Positions 20,250 to 33,074 of a DNA stretch of 64,000 nt are shown here, piece after piece. The first letter of the stretch is position 1; each line of letters opens with the position of its first letter. The notes beneath the pieces are model-generated. The model was given only the letters and a program-made list of their open reading frames with translations, did not search any database and was not told where the DNA came from. The DNA is from Haplodiscus bocki (taxonomy: Eukaryota). The DNA is taken from assembly GCA_965655095.1 (NCBI GenBank), contig OZ296657.1:61628001-61692000 (forward strand). The letters run 5' to 3'. A program made the position numbers and the translations under genes.

Positions 20250-21262
20250 TGCGCCCCGAACAGTCGAACTCAACCAAGAAATGCGCACAGTATTGGCTGG
20301 GCAAAACGGCGTTATTGCCCAAAATGCCAAGCGCAACACCAAAAACTATCTGCATTTTTTGCAGTGAGTATTGGTAGGGTTTATAGAGTTGAAGCCAAAG
20401 TTGGAAGCGCTCATCAAGAGTTTATAGCCCATGGAAAACTTTCCAATGAAAGCCCTGCATATATTACTGGTCCCTACTCGAAAGCTATTGAACGTAAAAT
20501 TACCGTTTCCATTACCCATGCTGTGGCAAGACCTTTCAAAATATTCAGAGGAAAATTCCGAGGAACACTGCTCCCGTAATCTTTCTGGATTGAGGACCAG
20601 AACCACCGGTGTTTTTGAAAATGGACCAGAAACATATCATTGGTCATTAGTTGAGAGACCCAGCTTGAAGTTGCTCTGCTGACTATCAAGGTGGCATTGC
20701 TACGTTGAATAATATTGATGATGATGATGACCATTAGAAGAAACATACTGGAACCATAATACAGTGACCACAGGAAACCCGAAGAAGTACAAGAATCCGC
20801 TGCTGGTCTTGAAGGCGACTGGTTCGCGAACCAAAGCAGTTTTATGACGAATTGGTAACTTACAGAGATCCTTATTTCCCCGGCGCGCGTCATTGAAAAG
20901 CCACATTGTTTTGAGGGGGCTGAAAGTGCTGAAACTTAGAGAGGGCATACGACTATGATACGAAAGCTATTGCGCACGGCCATAACGACAGCACTACGTT
21001 TCCTGGAATCTGCTGAAAATCCGGCACTATTGAGGAAGGTTCAAAATGTGGTGCAAGGTTTACTGGTGTGGTGGACAAGTAGCCACATGCGTGCGAAAGT
21101 GTATAGGAAATCAACTGCCTGGGTTGAAATGTTGGTTTCAGGAAAGACAGCTTGGAATAACATGTTTGGAAGCCTCGTCGTTAAACCGAAAGACAAGTGA
21201 CGAGGATCTTTAAAAACATCTTCGACTGCATTTGTTGGTGATGAAGTATTTTGATAGTTCAT
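20250..21262 (-). pseudogene. Possible decayed ionotropic glutamate receptor / IR-like gene
   Basis: Collinear fragments across frames: AVDFLYTF..LLV..SKP..F*TFL..FS (S1-M1), RILVLL..IMV (M3 region), PP**SAEQL (S2 start), AHFLVEF (M4 end). Confidence 0.4.
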
Positions 21263-21298
21263 TTTTCTAAATAAAAGAAGCTTATAGCAAAGATCGAA

Positions 21299-23200
21299 TT
21301 AGTGGTTAATTAGCAACTCTACCAATGCCTTCTTACACCAGAGGCTAGGTGGGCAGTATCGTTGCTTTCGCACGCTGTTCACAGATTGAAGCCACCACAT
21401 CGGTGAGGAAAACCAGCATTCCGCCATTAAAAATCTTCCCACGATTCTATCTAGGCTGAAAAGTAACTTGCCGTCAAAGGTGACGAACACTTCTCCGGTG
21501 GACTAAGCTGGTGTTGTTCTTAATAGTTACCTAACTTTGCAAGAACTTAGACAGTCTCAAAAAAAACACCTGACTATGCTATAGTTGTGAGGGCCTTCAA
21601 AAATTGTGACAATTATTCGACAAACGATAACACCAGCGATTTTTCGAACTGCAAGTCGCCAACGCATATACCGAGTTTTGGGCAATAGCAGTATGGAATC
21701 CACAAACAAGGTAATGTTGGCATCAGATGGATTAAAAACATCGCATTTGCTCAGTTTGACAGAAAGGTCCAATGGCGTTCCAAGAGACTCATTAATTTCA
21801 AAAGCTTTACTAACTTCAGAAGATCCAAACAACACCTCATAATTAAAGTACCAGACGTCAAATGTCAGAGGAATTTGAGCGGATACGTATTCAATGCCTT
21901 TGAAAAGAGCGAAAGCAAAAAACAGAGGCCCTAAAGGGTCAGCTTGCTGCACACCCGATGCAATAAGAACAGGGAAAATTTCGGAACCATGGTGTGTTTA
22001 TCTCCACAGGAGTTGACGAAATTGAAATCTTCGGCAAAGATTTCTCTGACAATCTCTAAGCAACTTGAGCTGCCCACTCGATTGAAAGCTTATTCAAAGA
22101 CATTTTTAAGAGCTTGGCACTTTTCGGTTAAATGTTAATTTGATTTCAGATCTCTCAAAGAGAATGAATTATATACTCACAGCCTGACTGAAAGCCTACG
22201 CCCACCTGGGGTCGGAAGAGTAGGTTTCGCACTAAAAGTCATTTGTCAGCAAACGAATTGAACAGACACGCCGTATTATGTCTCCTCTTTTGCAAAAGGC
22301 CAAAATCCTCCGTCAGGTTTTTTTCAGATCAATGAGTCTACTAACACGAAAAAGCTCGCGAACCTTAGACGATCCCTCGTTGAAAAGCAGTAGATCAATG
22401 CGGTTATTCATTCCAGTGTTCTCGGCTGTAGCTATTGGGGACATGGCACTGCATCTTTCAGATTTTCGGGGACATGGCACTGCATCTTTCAAATTTTCGA
22501 ACTTTCGGGAAGATCTCTTAGGAGCGGAACCTTTAGCAAAGCTGCTGAGCCTCATTATCATCGCAGTTGACGGAAAAAATGGAGTACATGGTCCGGCTAG
22601 TAAGTGTTTAGAGCACCGAATTTTGGTTGTTTTCAAGCAGTTACCTGCAATGCCATTGGAAACAGGATATTCTGAGGCTTTGGCCAGATTCTCCTCGCAG
22701 AATATTAGAAGAGCTCTCCGCGTATTCAGTTCTATTCGGGAAAGTTTTTGTTTAGCTTCCGCATTTCTGCAAACCGATCTTGATAGTCCAACAAGCCGCT
22801 CGCTAATCACCTGTCAAGGAGGGACATGATTCAACCAATGGTTTAGCGCTTTTTCCAATGTCCCATTGGCTGCGATGAACGGAAACAACACTGGTAGTAT
22901 GAGTAGCAGTTATAGACATCTTGAAAGTCTGGGGTTTTTTTTCAACAACTACTGACAGGTGCAACTAAATCCAAGAGCCCACTAATTCCTGCAAGTTTGA
23001 GGCATATGGCGAACAATGGGAAATCGAAAATCAGGGATATCCTTAATGTCAGACATTGTTTACGAATTAGGTCCTTCCGAGGGAGCAGGCTGCCAAAAAC
23101 TCCGTGATCAGAGTCGATGTTTGGCATACAATCGAGAAATATTTGTCCCTTGTGGGTTCTGGCTTTGCTCAGGACAGTGCACGAACAAGTGTTGAAAAAT
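21299..23200 (-). mobile_element. Decayed CRE-like (RLE-type) non-LTR retrotransposon
   Basis: SFAKGSA; QVGVGFQSGCEYIIH (~22160-22205); AFNRV; GVQQADPLGPLFF; WYFNY (from WYLDD). 5' boundary approximate. Confidence 0.75.
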
Positions 23201-25874
23201 GGTGCTTGGATTGAGAAAAAAAACGGGACATAATTCCCTGGGGAACGAAGGGAAGGTGAACATGTAACATGTACCAAAAATTTTCGCAAAGACAAAGGCC
23301 ATAAAAACTTCGCGATACTGTGCTTTTCGAAATATGAAAACTTTCGAGAAAGGGAAAACAAAACTTTCCGTGATTAACTCTTTTCCCATATGCCGAAGTT
23401 TTATCGGACAAGAATTTTTTCAGCGATACCAGTTTGTCTCCCAATTATTTTGACTTTCCAAAATTTTTTTTTTCGTGACATACCATAATTTTTCAAGATA
23501 CCACCGCTTTTCATTCTTCATGGAAATTTTGAAAAATTTTTGATGCATAAAAGTTTTATGATTTCGCTCAAGTCATTTTCCAGATTTCCGGAATTTCCAG
23601 GAAGTGTTAAAAAGTCTCAAGTTTGTGCAAGTTGTTGGCACAGTGAAAACTAAAAACTGTGATACCCCGTGCTTCAACACATGGAACTTTCGCAACCCCG
23701 CGCCATTTATCGGCTCAGTGGAAAGACAAAAAGGTTCCAGAATACAAAATAACACGTTGGGGGTTCGAATCTCAACATACATTCTTCTTAAAGATAATAT
23801 AACATAGGTCAACTCGGTGTTTACAGTTGCCCTTGGTCATGTGCCGCCCTCGCTTATCCCCAAAAGTTCACTTGCATGCTGGTGGAAAATTGTGGGACTA
23901 TTTATCCTCCCTTTTTTATACCGATTTTCTTTGGGAAAAAACCAGTCGAAAAATCAAGGTTTTCCCCTCCAAGAATTTCTTGGCTTGTTGCAACTAATTG
24001 TGAATTACTGGCGCGTAACAAAAGTTATAAAAATATTTTAGAGACGTGGAAAGACATCTCCGATGTAGCTATTGCAGAAAAGCGTCGACAGCTACATACC
24101 CAGGAATTACAAACTGCTGGTAAAGCAACGATCCAAAAAGGGTCCCAATTGTTCTTTCTCACACAAAAATTAACGAGACTTGAAAAAGGAAGGGTGGGAA
24201 TGAAAGTGAAGGCCTGTCTGTCCACTGAATGAAACCTGAAACCTCAAGCCAACACTTGAACGGAAATTATCAATTCAAACCGTAGGGGAGGAGATGGGAA
24301 CACTCCATTTTGCAAAGGAAAGAGTTCAGACTGCAGACGTGAACTAGCCGAGAAAAGCACATAGCCGCATCAACTAAAGTAAGGCGTCATTTTTGCCGGG
24401 GCAAGTTGCCCCATATAGCCAAACAATTGCTTGTCTCGGTTTTGATCGTAATACACGATAATGGTTTCGATCATCTGCAAACTTTCTTATTTTCCAACAT
24501 TGGCCGCTCTCGCCGAAATGAGTTAGTTAAAAAATGAGATTGTAATTTAAACTAAAAGAACCGACTAACAAGCCGGGAATGGCTCAATTTTGGTGCCGGT
24601 CGTAAGGCTCAACATGTACATTGGGGACAGTGTTCTGGAAAAAAATGTTACTTGTTAAAAAAAAGCCTTTCATACTATGGCTTTACGGTAGAAGGTCTTC
24701 CCGGTGTTCTTACAATTGATAAAAATTTGAAATGGAAAAACAATTATTGTAATAGTCAGCCTCTTTTTTGCGTAAATTACCGACGAAAAAGACGTCGGTC
24801 AGGAACCAAAAAAAATTAAGTAATCAATTAGAAGGTAATGACTACGGTACAAAGTAATACAAGAAGTTCCATTCAATTATTTTCTGGATGGACAATAGAG
24901 TAGAAGTCTCTCCCAATTTTCGTCAACTATTGTGACAAAAATCAATCCACTTTACCCCTCATTTGTGATACCGCATTCGATAAAATTTTGAATTCAAAGA
25001 CTAGAGGCAAAGCGACGTTTCTGCACAACAGAAACCATGAATACTTCACCCCCAAGAAAGCCATTTTTTTCATAGAACTGATTCCTTTCGCAAAAGAAAC
25101 TCTGCAAAACCATGATGAATGTAGATAACAGAATAGTTTGAGTCTCGTTTCCCTTAACAGTTATAAAAACCAATTCTTTGTTCAAAAGAGTAATTAATCA
25201 TAAAAACAGTTTACAGCGTGAAGTTTCCTTTTTCGCTCCCACCAACCCGTGACATATTTCCCAATCCATCCAAAAAAAAACATTTTTTTTACCAAACACA
25301 AAGCATCTATTTTAACATGCTGCAGAAGACTTACTCGCGTGTACTTCGAGGAAATCGATGTTTACCGATTTGCGCTTTCGTTTTTGTCTAATGTTAATTG
25401 AGTGACCTGAAACGCTAAAAACCATTCGTCTAAACACCTGCGAAACTATAGCTGCGCAACACAAACATCAACCACAAAAATTCAAACTTTCTCGAAAGAT
25501 GAAGCCGAATCCAAAATTCCCAAAAGACAATTGATAACATGATGCGAGACATTTTGAAAATTAACGTTTTTCATATTAACCTCTTTTCATAACCAGAATA
25601 TTGCTTTAAACTTAAAGCGGAGTCTTATACGCCGCGGAAGAAAACCACAACTCAATAAAAGAATCCAAAATAAATTAAAATGGGTCATTGAATTATTTAA
25701 CTTTTTCATAAGAACTTTACTGTTTAATTTTGAAATTTTTGTTGTTTTGATGAATATAATTTATTACCAAAGAATTCTTTTTATTTCTTTCAATGTATTT
25801 CTCGATATTTATACACACAAAAAACTTTTTTGAATAAAGAAGTCTCAATAGAATTTTTCATCTTCAGGTACGTA

Positions 25875-25976
25875 TACCGTTATTTTATAAAGGGTCCTAT
25901 AAGGCGAGGATGTGCCAAATCCTAGTTTTTTTTTCATTAAAATTCAAGGGGATCTTATACGCCAAACTTTACGGTA
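25875..25976. mobile_element. Tiny Tc1/pogo-like MITE relic
   Basis: TACCGT...ACGGTA ends; internal TATAAG / CTTATA inverted motifs. Confidence 0.4.
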
Positions 25977-26199
25977 ACTATCAACTGTCCGAATTACGAC
26001 CATCAACAGGGACAGTGCTTCATTCTCAATTATTTGTCATGTTCATCATGCTCTTTTTGGACACGCCGTTGTTCATTTTGCAATCGTTTTCAAAAAAATT
26101 TACATAATATGGAACGCGAAAAAAAAGAACGAGGCAAATGCGTAAAACAAACAAAGCAAAAGGAACTGCACAACACTTCGATTTGTCAATAGAGATGAA

Positions 26200-26860
26200 A
26201 GATCCAGGCAGACGTTGAAACCATGATTGACACATGATTGACGCAGTTAGAATTACTACACCATTTTTCAACCAGACGTTTATTCGAAAAAGTCAAAAGT
26301 TCGTCATTGAGACAAGTACCTGGCACAGGGTCTCACGCTAGAGCATTATATCTATCAATCATGTCTCTATAGGTCACGCTATTTTACAACCCAATGTTTA
26401 GGAAACTTGCGTATTTTATAGCACGAAAATGAACAAGTACCTGCCAAACTATCCTATTCAGAAAATTGAGGTATCAAGCATGACCTTTAAGGATACTGTA
26501 GTTCAATTTTTGAAACCTGTGTCTAAAAAATGAGCACTTGTCAGAGCACGAAAACAGAGAAGTACCCGTCGATCGACATTGTCACCATGTCATGATCATT
26601 CTATTTTCCATGACGGCCATGACATGATCCTACCATGATCATATCATGTCATAGCATGATCGTCATGTTTGACCATGGCTGTTGGTTGTCAACCCGGGGA
26701 AAATTTCAAAAAATGACGTTTTTGAACGTTTACACTTCATCTCCAGCCTTTTTGATGACGTCCAAGGAGTAAATTTTGGACTGGATAAAAAAACTAGGCA
26801 TAAGCCGGTTTTAATACGCATTCGCCTTTCCAGTCAGAATGTGTTCAAAAAGTAGTTTTT
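26200..26860 (+). repeat. Dispersed repeat family A, copy 1 (with CATG-rich insertion ~26580-26700)
   Basis: Similar to 35570-36440, 42148-42640 and 50395-50870 (e.g. TTAGAATTACTACACC, GAGACAAGTACCTG, CCCAATGTTTA, TGATGACGTC, GCATAAGCCGGTTT). Confidence 0.8.
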
Positions 26861-27889
26861 AACGTTGAAGCTAACTGATGACGTCAAATAAATGTAACTT
26901 TGGACGAAAAAAAGTGACCCAACCAAGCAGTAAAAAAATCGTTTCAGCCGGTATAACAATCGGACACAGATCCGTTCCATGTTGCTGAAAGTCCAATAGC
27001 CAGATTTCTACTTGCGCACAAAGGCATCTTGATGTAGATCAGTTTTCCGCCTTTTTCTAGATTTCCAAAAAACTACAAGAACGGGGTCAGCTTGATGCTA
27101 GTTACACCTCAGAAAAAATGAGAAACAACCAAAATATTAATCACCAACTGAGGACCAAGAATGCAAGGTAAGGAAACAATCGGTAAAGCAGGAAGCGAAA
27201 GAATTTGGGTTTTTATTCATTTCGAAAAAAAAACTAACAACTGTTTGTCACCGTTATTGACACTTAGAAAGTAAGTCTGGTTCGGCTCCTACAATGAACG
27301 GAAGAAATGTAGCTGACTATGCTTGCTTTTTCTCTATTCTGACGTCTAATAGACTTGGACAAAAATTGAACGAGAAAAAATGAGATTTACACCAAAAACG
27401 TTAAACTTCAAAATTTTCCGAAGTCAGCAATTAGCGAAACGATCAACCTTCCGACAACGATACTCTCCGATAATCAAAAAAAGCAAGGTAAATCATCTCT
27501 TTTCAAATTCAGAGAATTCAATTCATTTTATCTCCTTTTAAATTCACAGAAATCAATTTATTTTAGAACTTGACTACTGAACAATTTCTAATTAGAAGCG
27601 GTTGGTGCCTTAGGAACGTCTTACAGGGTTACATGACATTTCAACCCGAAGCCATTTCCCCCAAACATTCAATCCGTTTTATGAATCGCGAACGCTATGA
27701 ATCAAGTGATACGAGACGACCGGCTAGCACTGACATATTTTTCGCCTAATTACAAAATTTTCGAAGAACTTTTGCAAACAGTTAAAAAACGATAATACTG
27801 CTTTGAATCTAGTTTTCAAAAGCCTTCCACACATATCAATTCCACCACTGATTTCGACAATCTATAGCATTATCCATTTATCGGGGCTC

Positions 27890-28950
27890 CGAAGCAAAGT
27901 ACTAAACTCGAGGTATTTTTCTGAATCACCTAAATAATCTGAGAGAAGCCACTACAAATCGCACTTTTGCCAATTTCAGCCCGAGAGTACGAATGCCGGG
28001 AGTACATTTCGGAATAAGTTTATCGAGTATTCTTATACACAGATAAAATTAGCCACTGGGACCTTGATGAAAGAAGTCCAGCCAGCCGGTAGTTCTGGAG
28101 ATAGATGAAATGGAATCTAAAAAAGAATCACTTTCAAATACAAGTTTTGGAATTCTCAGCCAATCAAGTTTCCCTGAGAGTAATAAATCTCAAAGTTTCT
28201 CATTTCAATCCATCCAAAACTTGTCGATTGACGTCTTGATGAAAAAATCCAGCCGGTAGCTTTGGAAAAAATATAGATCTAAAACAAAGTAGCATCATAC
28301 ATATACAAAACTATTGGCAATTCAGCCCTATCTATGTTTCGAAACGATGAAAAAAGAAGATACGGGTGTTGAATCATCTTTTACAAAAACGAAACTTTTG
28401 ATTGAGACCTTGACGGAAGAACTCCTAACAGTTGCTTTCAAGGAAACTGAGCTGCAATATCAAGACGAATCAGACCAATAACCATTTTTGGCCAGTTTGG
28501 TCCATCAAAATTTCGTTGCAAGGAACTAAATGCATTGGCAATCAAGTTACTTTTTACGAGTAGAAAAACGTCAATTGATACCTCATGGACGAAATGCAGG
28601 TAGTTTTGACCAAAAAGTTTGATTCTCCAGAAAAATGGAAAACTTTTGCACCTTCTGGCCACTTCGGTCCTCAATGTTTCCGATGTGAAAAAAACGTTTC
28701 CCAAAAAAAAAATATTATTGAATGATGCTCATCCATTGCAGAATTGTTGAGAAGGACCTTGAAGTGAGAAATTCAGCCGATTATTCTGAAAACATTAAAT
28801 CTATAAAGACAAATTAAAAGAAAATGCTATTTTTGGCATTTGTCGCCTATCCAGTTTGCGTTGCGATGAACCAAATGCAGCAATTGACATTCCCGTATAT
28901 TTTCGAAAGTACCTTAAAAAGCGACAACTTGCTGAATCAAATGCAGCTAC
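27890..28950 (+). repeat. Degenerate ~170-175-bp tandem array (family B)
   Basis: Recurring TTTTGGCAATT.AGCC motif at ~27963, 28143, 28310, 28481, 28651 and 28828, plus ACCTTGATGAA-like motifs. Confidence 0.6.
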
Positions 28951-30439
28951 TGGTTTTTGAGATGTAGCTTTGTTTTTGAATAAAAATCAGAGAACAAAAA
29001 TGGATGGTTAAATAACGAGGCACAACATTCTGAAAGAGCACAAAGTTGACAATTCAGGTCACATTTTCATAGAGATGCTTCCATAGAGACGAAAAGAAAA
29101 AACTTACAATTCCCTTCGCCTGGTAGTTTGTCACACGTTGGGTTTCCGGAAAAACCGCTTCGTGGAAGAGTCGATGAAGTTTCGACAAAACATTTAGTGA
29201 AGGTCGATTAAAAAAACAAGTACCACAACTCCGGGGAAATGTGTCAATGCTGTTGCTCTGTTGGAAAAAGTTCGAAAGACGAAATGAGAAAAAAAATCCT
29301 ATGAAAAAAGTTTCATTAATGGATAATCAAAACATCAATTTAATTTGAAACAAGTCATTTAGCTACTGCACATGGAACCACCACTAACGTGGAACTCAGT
29401 ACTGTCATAATGGTTCAATTACCAAGAATGATCATACGTAAAAGGAGGTAGAGCTAGTTTCCGTCAAAGATTGAGTGGGAAAAGTAAAATCGCTTTACGA
29501 GTTCAAAACTATTTGCTGAACACCCTCCCAAGTGCTGACAGTAGTCGAGTAAGACGTTGACGGATAAAAAAAACGGGTAATTTTGAAAAAAAATTTGGTT
29601 CTATTTTCGATTTGAAAAATTACCCAAAAATGATCCTTTCTTCAGATGCCAGGTATTTAGATCGAAGTACTTCGATAAAGACACCTTCTACAAGTGAAAA
29701 ATTGATTGTGGCCCCGATGGAAGAAGTTCAGTCGGTCGATTTGGAGGAAAATGACTTTGAATATCGAGAATATTACTTACCATGTTTTTTCAGGCTGGGC
29801 TGACTCTAAAGACTATATACCGTACAAAACGTCGTGTTACCGCCAAAAGGTGATTGAATGGCTTTTTTGGTATTTCAAGCGCAGATAAGAAAACAACATA
29901 CACGTTCGAGGAGTCTTTTGAGGGAAACACAATTCAAATTTCTGGAACAAAAGTAATTTTACAAAATGAAGATAAAATTTTCGGATAATTGAAAATCATC
30001 CAAAGGTCCAAAATTCAATCCAGTTTTCATAAAAGTTGGAAAAAGTTGGGTTGATTCATTCATTCAGAACAAGGGAGTCTTCGGAAGACAGAAAAACCCT
30101 AGTTTATCGAAGAAAAAACTGTATTGAGGTACAAAAAAACTCCGAAAATGTATAAAACTTTCAGAAAACAAAAAACCACCTGGTGAAAGTTTTAGTGCGT
30201 TCTAAGTTTGGGATACCTATCTGCAGTGACACCGCATATATTATGCAAGTGGCTAATAAGTCTGCAACAAGTAGTTTGCGTAACTTTCGCAAATTCCGGA
30301 AATTACACTAATGAAATGACCATTTTCTTTTTCGAAAATCAACGGACGGAAACTAAAACAAGTCGAGGACACGTCACAGTCGACAATGTTCATCTGTCCG
30401 ATGCGAAAGCTTCGGTAAACCATCGGAGGATACCACCGA

Positions 30440-30850
30440 AAAATATGGAAAAATTTTTGTCTGACATTACCAAAAAAAGAGTAAGGAAAGGCCCTTTTTT
30501 GTAAGTCTTTGGTTTTTCCGAAAGCTTGTGTTGCTGCCCATTTGTCGGGTGCAAAAATTTTAGCGAATCATAGAGTGGGTTATCACAAAAAGTTGATGAA
30601 AACTTTTTGTCTCCAAGAATCATTTCTTGAGGGGGCCCCTTTGGTTTTTCTGAAAGTTTCTGGTATCGAGAAACTATCCGTAACGGGGCTATCACAACTT
30701 TTTGTCCAAACTTTCTGTCCACAGTAATGAAAAAAAAATTAAGAAAGATTCCGTCCGTGTTTCTGAAAATTCCTGGTATCGAAAAACACTCATGCACAAG
30801 AGGGTGTATCCCGATTTTCCGTTTCACACTGCCGAAAAATTTCGAACAGG
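30440..30850. repeat. Degenerate tandem array (GTTTCTGAAA.TT.CTGGTATCG / GG.TATCAC units)
   Basis: Several ~100-120-bp units visible by eye. Confidence 0.6.
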
Positions 30851-31132
30851 ACCATTTGGTGTTTGCAAGTACTTGCCTGTGTTTAGCATAAAATGGAGTA
30901 CATGCTTTGAAATAATATGCCGAGGAAAACAATTATGGAAAAAGATATAAAATTCGTTGTGCTATTGAAAAGAATAATATTGGAAAAAATAACACAACAC
31001 CTACAAAAGTCAAATTTTCAATTCGTAAAGAGCCGAAAAAAATCGCCGGAATCTAATAATTTTGATAAGAGTAGAAAAAAACAAACCTAAAAATTCTAAT
31101 TCGTAATTCTGAAGTAAAAAATATATAAAAAA

Positions 31133-31305
31133 TGCACGGATTCGAACCCGTACCTATGGCTTCAGAACCTTGTTGTCCTACCCACTGTGCAATGGGACTC
31201 ACAAGAACTTCGGACAAATAATGAAATCGTAAAAATATATGACACGACAGAGATTCGAATCCGGACCTACTGCTTGAGAAACTTTTGTCCTAACCTCACT
31301 GCCGG
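31133..31305 (-). repeat. Two tandem tRNA-derived (SINE-head-like) segments
   Basis: Minus strand TGCACAGTGG (A-box-like) and GGTTCGAATCC (B-box) at 31135-31195; second degenerate copy at ~31245-31300. Confidence 0.55.
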
Positions 31306-32254
31306 CATTTATTTTCTAAGAAAAATAGTTGGTGAAATACACAAAAAAACGACCCTACTGAATGAAAAATTTTTCTTGCACATTTAATAATAATATAATA
31401 CTAATGATAATAGATTAATGATAATAGTTCATTAAAAATAACTTTAATAACAATAATAAAACGATATCTTGCTCTCTTGTAATATTCGTAGCCGTCTACT
31501 ACCAGAATTATTTTGGATGTGCCAGATTGCACTAATTTAATTAACACTACTCATTACTGCAGTGTTTGAACTCAACTGTGATAGCTTTTCACAGTGTGAT
31601 TTTACACCAAGTTTTAACATTTAATACTTATACTGAGGCAAACAAAATGAAATGTGTCTACTTTTTAAATTGTGTCCGCTCAATTAAACTGCATCTACTA
31701 AAGCGGAAGTATAATTGCTTTCATTGAGGACGCTAATTACTCACAATTTATAGACTTATGATTGATAATTGGGTGTGAAGAGATTTCACCCGACATTTGA
31801 ACAATATTAAGGCAACAAATTGAGAGTACTGAGCGTCTTCAATGAAAACAAAATTTTTTCCGCGTTTGTATTTGCCATTTAATTAACAAGACGCAATTTA
31901 AAAAGTGGACGCAATTCATTTCGGCTGCCTCAAAACGAGTGTCAAACTTACTACAATAGAGAACAGGTTATCTTTTCATCCCACTTTTCATTCATTACTT
32001 TCGCCATGTACCCAGCAGTTCCTATTAAAAGTCCCTCCCACGTACTGTATGAGCCACAAAATTGGCGAACCCCTCCCTAAATTTGACCGCCTTGGTATGG
32101 ATTTTTGATATTTTTCAAAAGGCAAGAATCGTTTTGCCATTTTTTGTTCACATAATTGCATTTTGCTTGATCAGCCACTCAGAAACTCTACGCTTTCCCC
32201 ACCTCAATTGATAGAAAGTTGTTGGTGGACTGAAGAAATTCGCACATTTGGGAT

Positions 32255-33074
32255 GGTGATGCCACAATTCGGACCGAAAACAAATTCGGCCCAAAATTTT
32301 GATTACTTCTAATTAGCGGTAATTAGCAGCGTTTATAAAATCTTTGACAATTGTAGCTCATTATAGTAATTATCGCCAATTACAAGCGTGAATGAATACA
32401 AACCAACATATTACACAGGCGCTTTCATCTTGTAACTTTCAAAATTTTGGCATTTCTCAATGCCCTGAAATATACCTTAATATTTAACGTTTTCCGATTT
32501 TGTCAAAATGCATTAAATACACAGAATTCGTTAGATGTACATTTCAGTAGAGAAAATGGATTCCGCGGAGTTTTTTTTACTTCTTCCCACAAAAACTGCC
32601 AGAACCGTGCAGTTGGCAAGTTTACATAAAAGAACGCAACTGGCGAGTGAATTATTTTTCTTCCATGGGCGGAAAATACTAATCCACCGCATCGTCGTAC
32701 CCCCTTTGTAATTTCGAAAATAGATTTCTGAGAAAACTTTATGTAGCACAAAAAATCCCCCCACTAATCGGGAAGGACGGATTTCGGCCCTTCTTAGTTG
32801 GTTGCTTCAAAAGTTATACTAGTATTCTAGCTTGTGGGATATTTACTGCAATATCTACCACCGCCAAAGAAAGTTATTGCCGCCCGTTTAATTATATCAG
32901 AACTGGTTGCAAAATTGATATATTTTTAGAAAATAAATTGATCTAAGTTTACATGCTCATTAAGTAATTAGCGAAATAATTTTGGCCGAATTTCAAAATT
33001 CGGACCGAATTTGTCTTTTGTCCAAATCTGGTTTTCGGTCCGAATTTGTCTTTGGTCCGAACTGTCGTAGAGCC
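32255..33074. mobile_element. Non-autonomous Mutator-like element
   Basis: GG...CC ends, inverted subterminal AATTCGGACC repeats, 9-bp TSD ATTTGGGAT / ATTTGGGAC. Confidence 0.8.

Noticed and set aside
31133-31195. Functional tRNA gene
   Set aside because: A/B boxes are present but there is no convincing cloverleaf; it is tandem with a degenerate copy.
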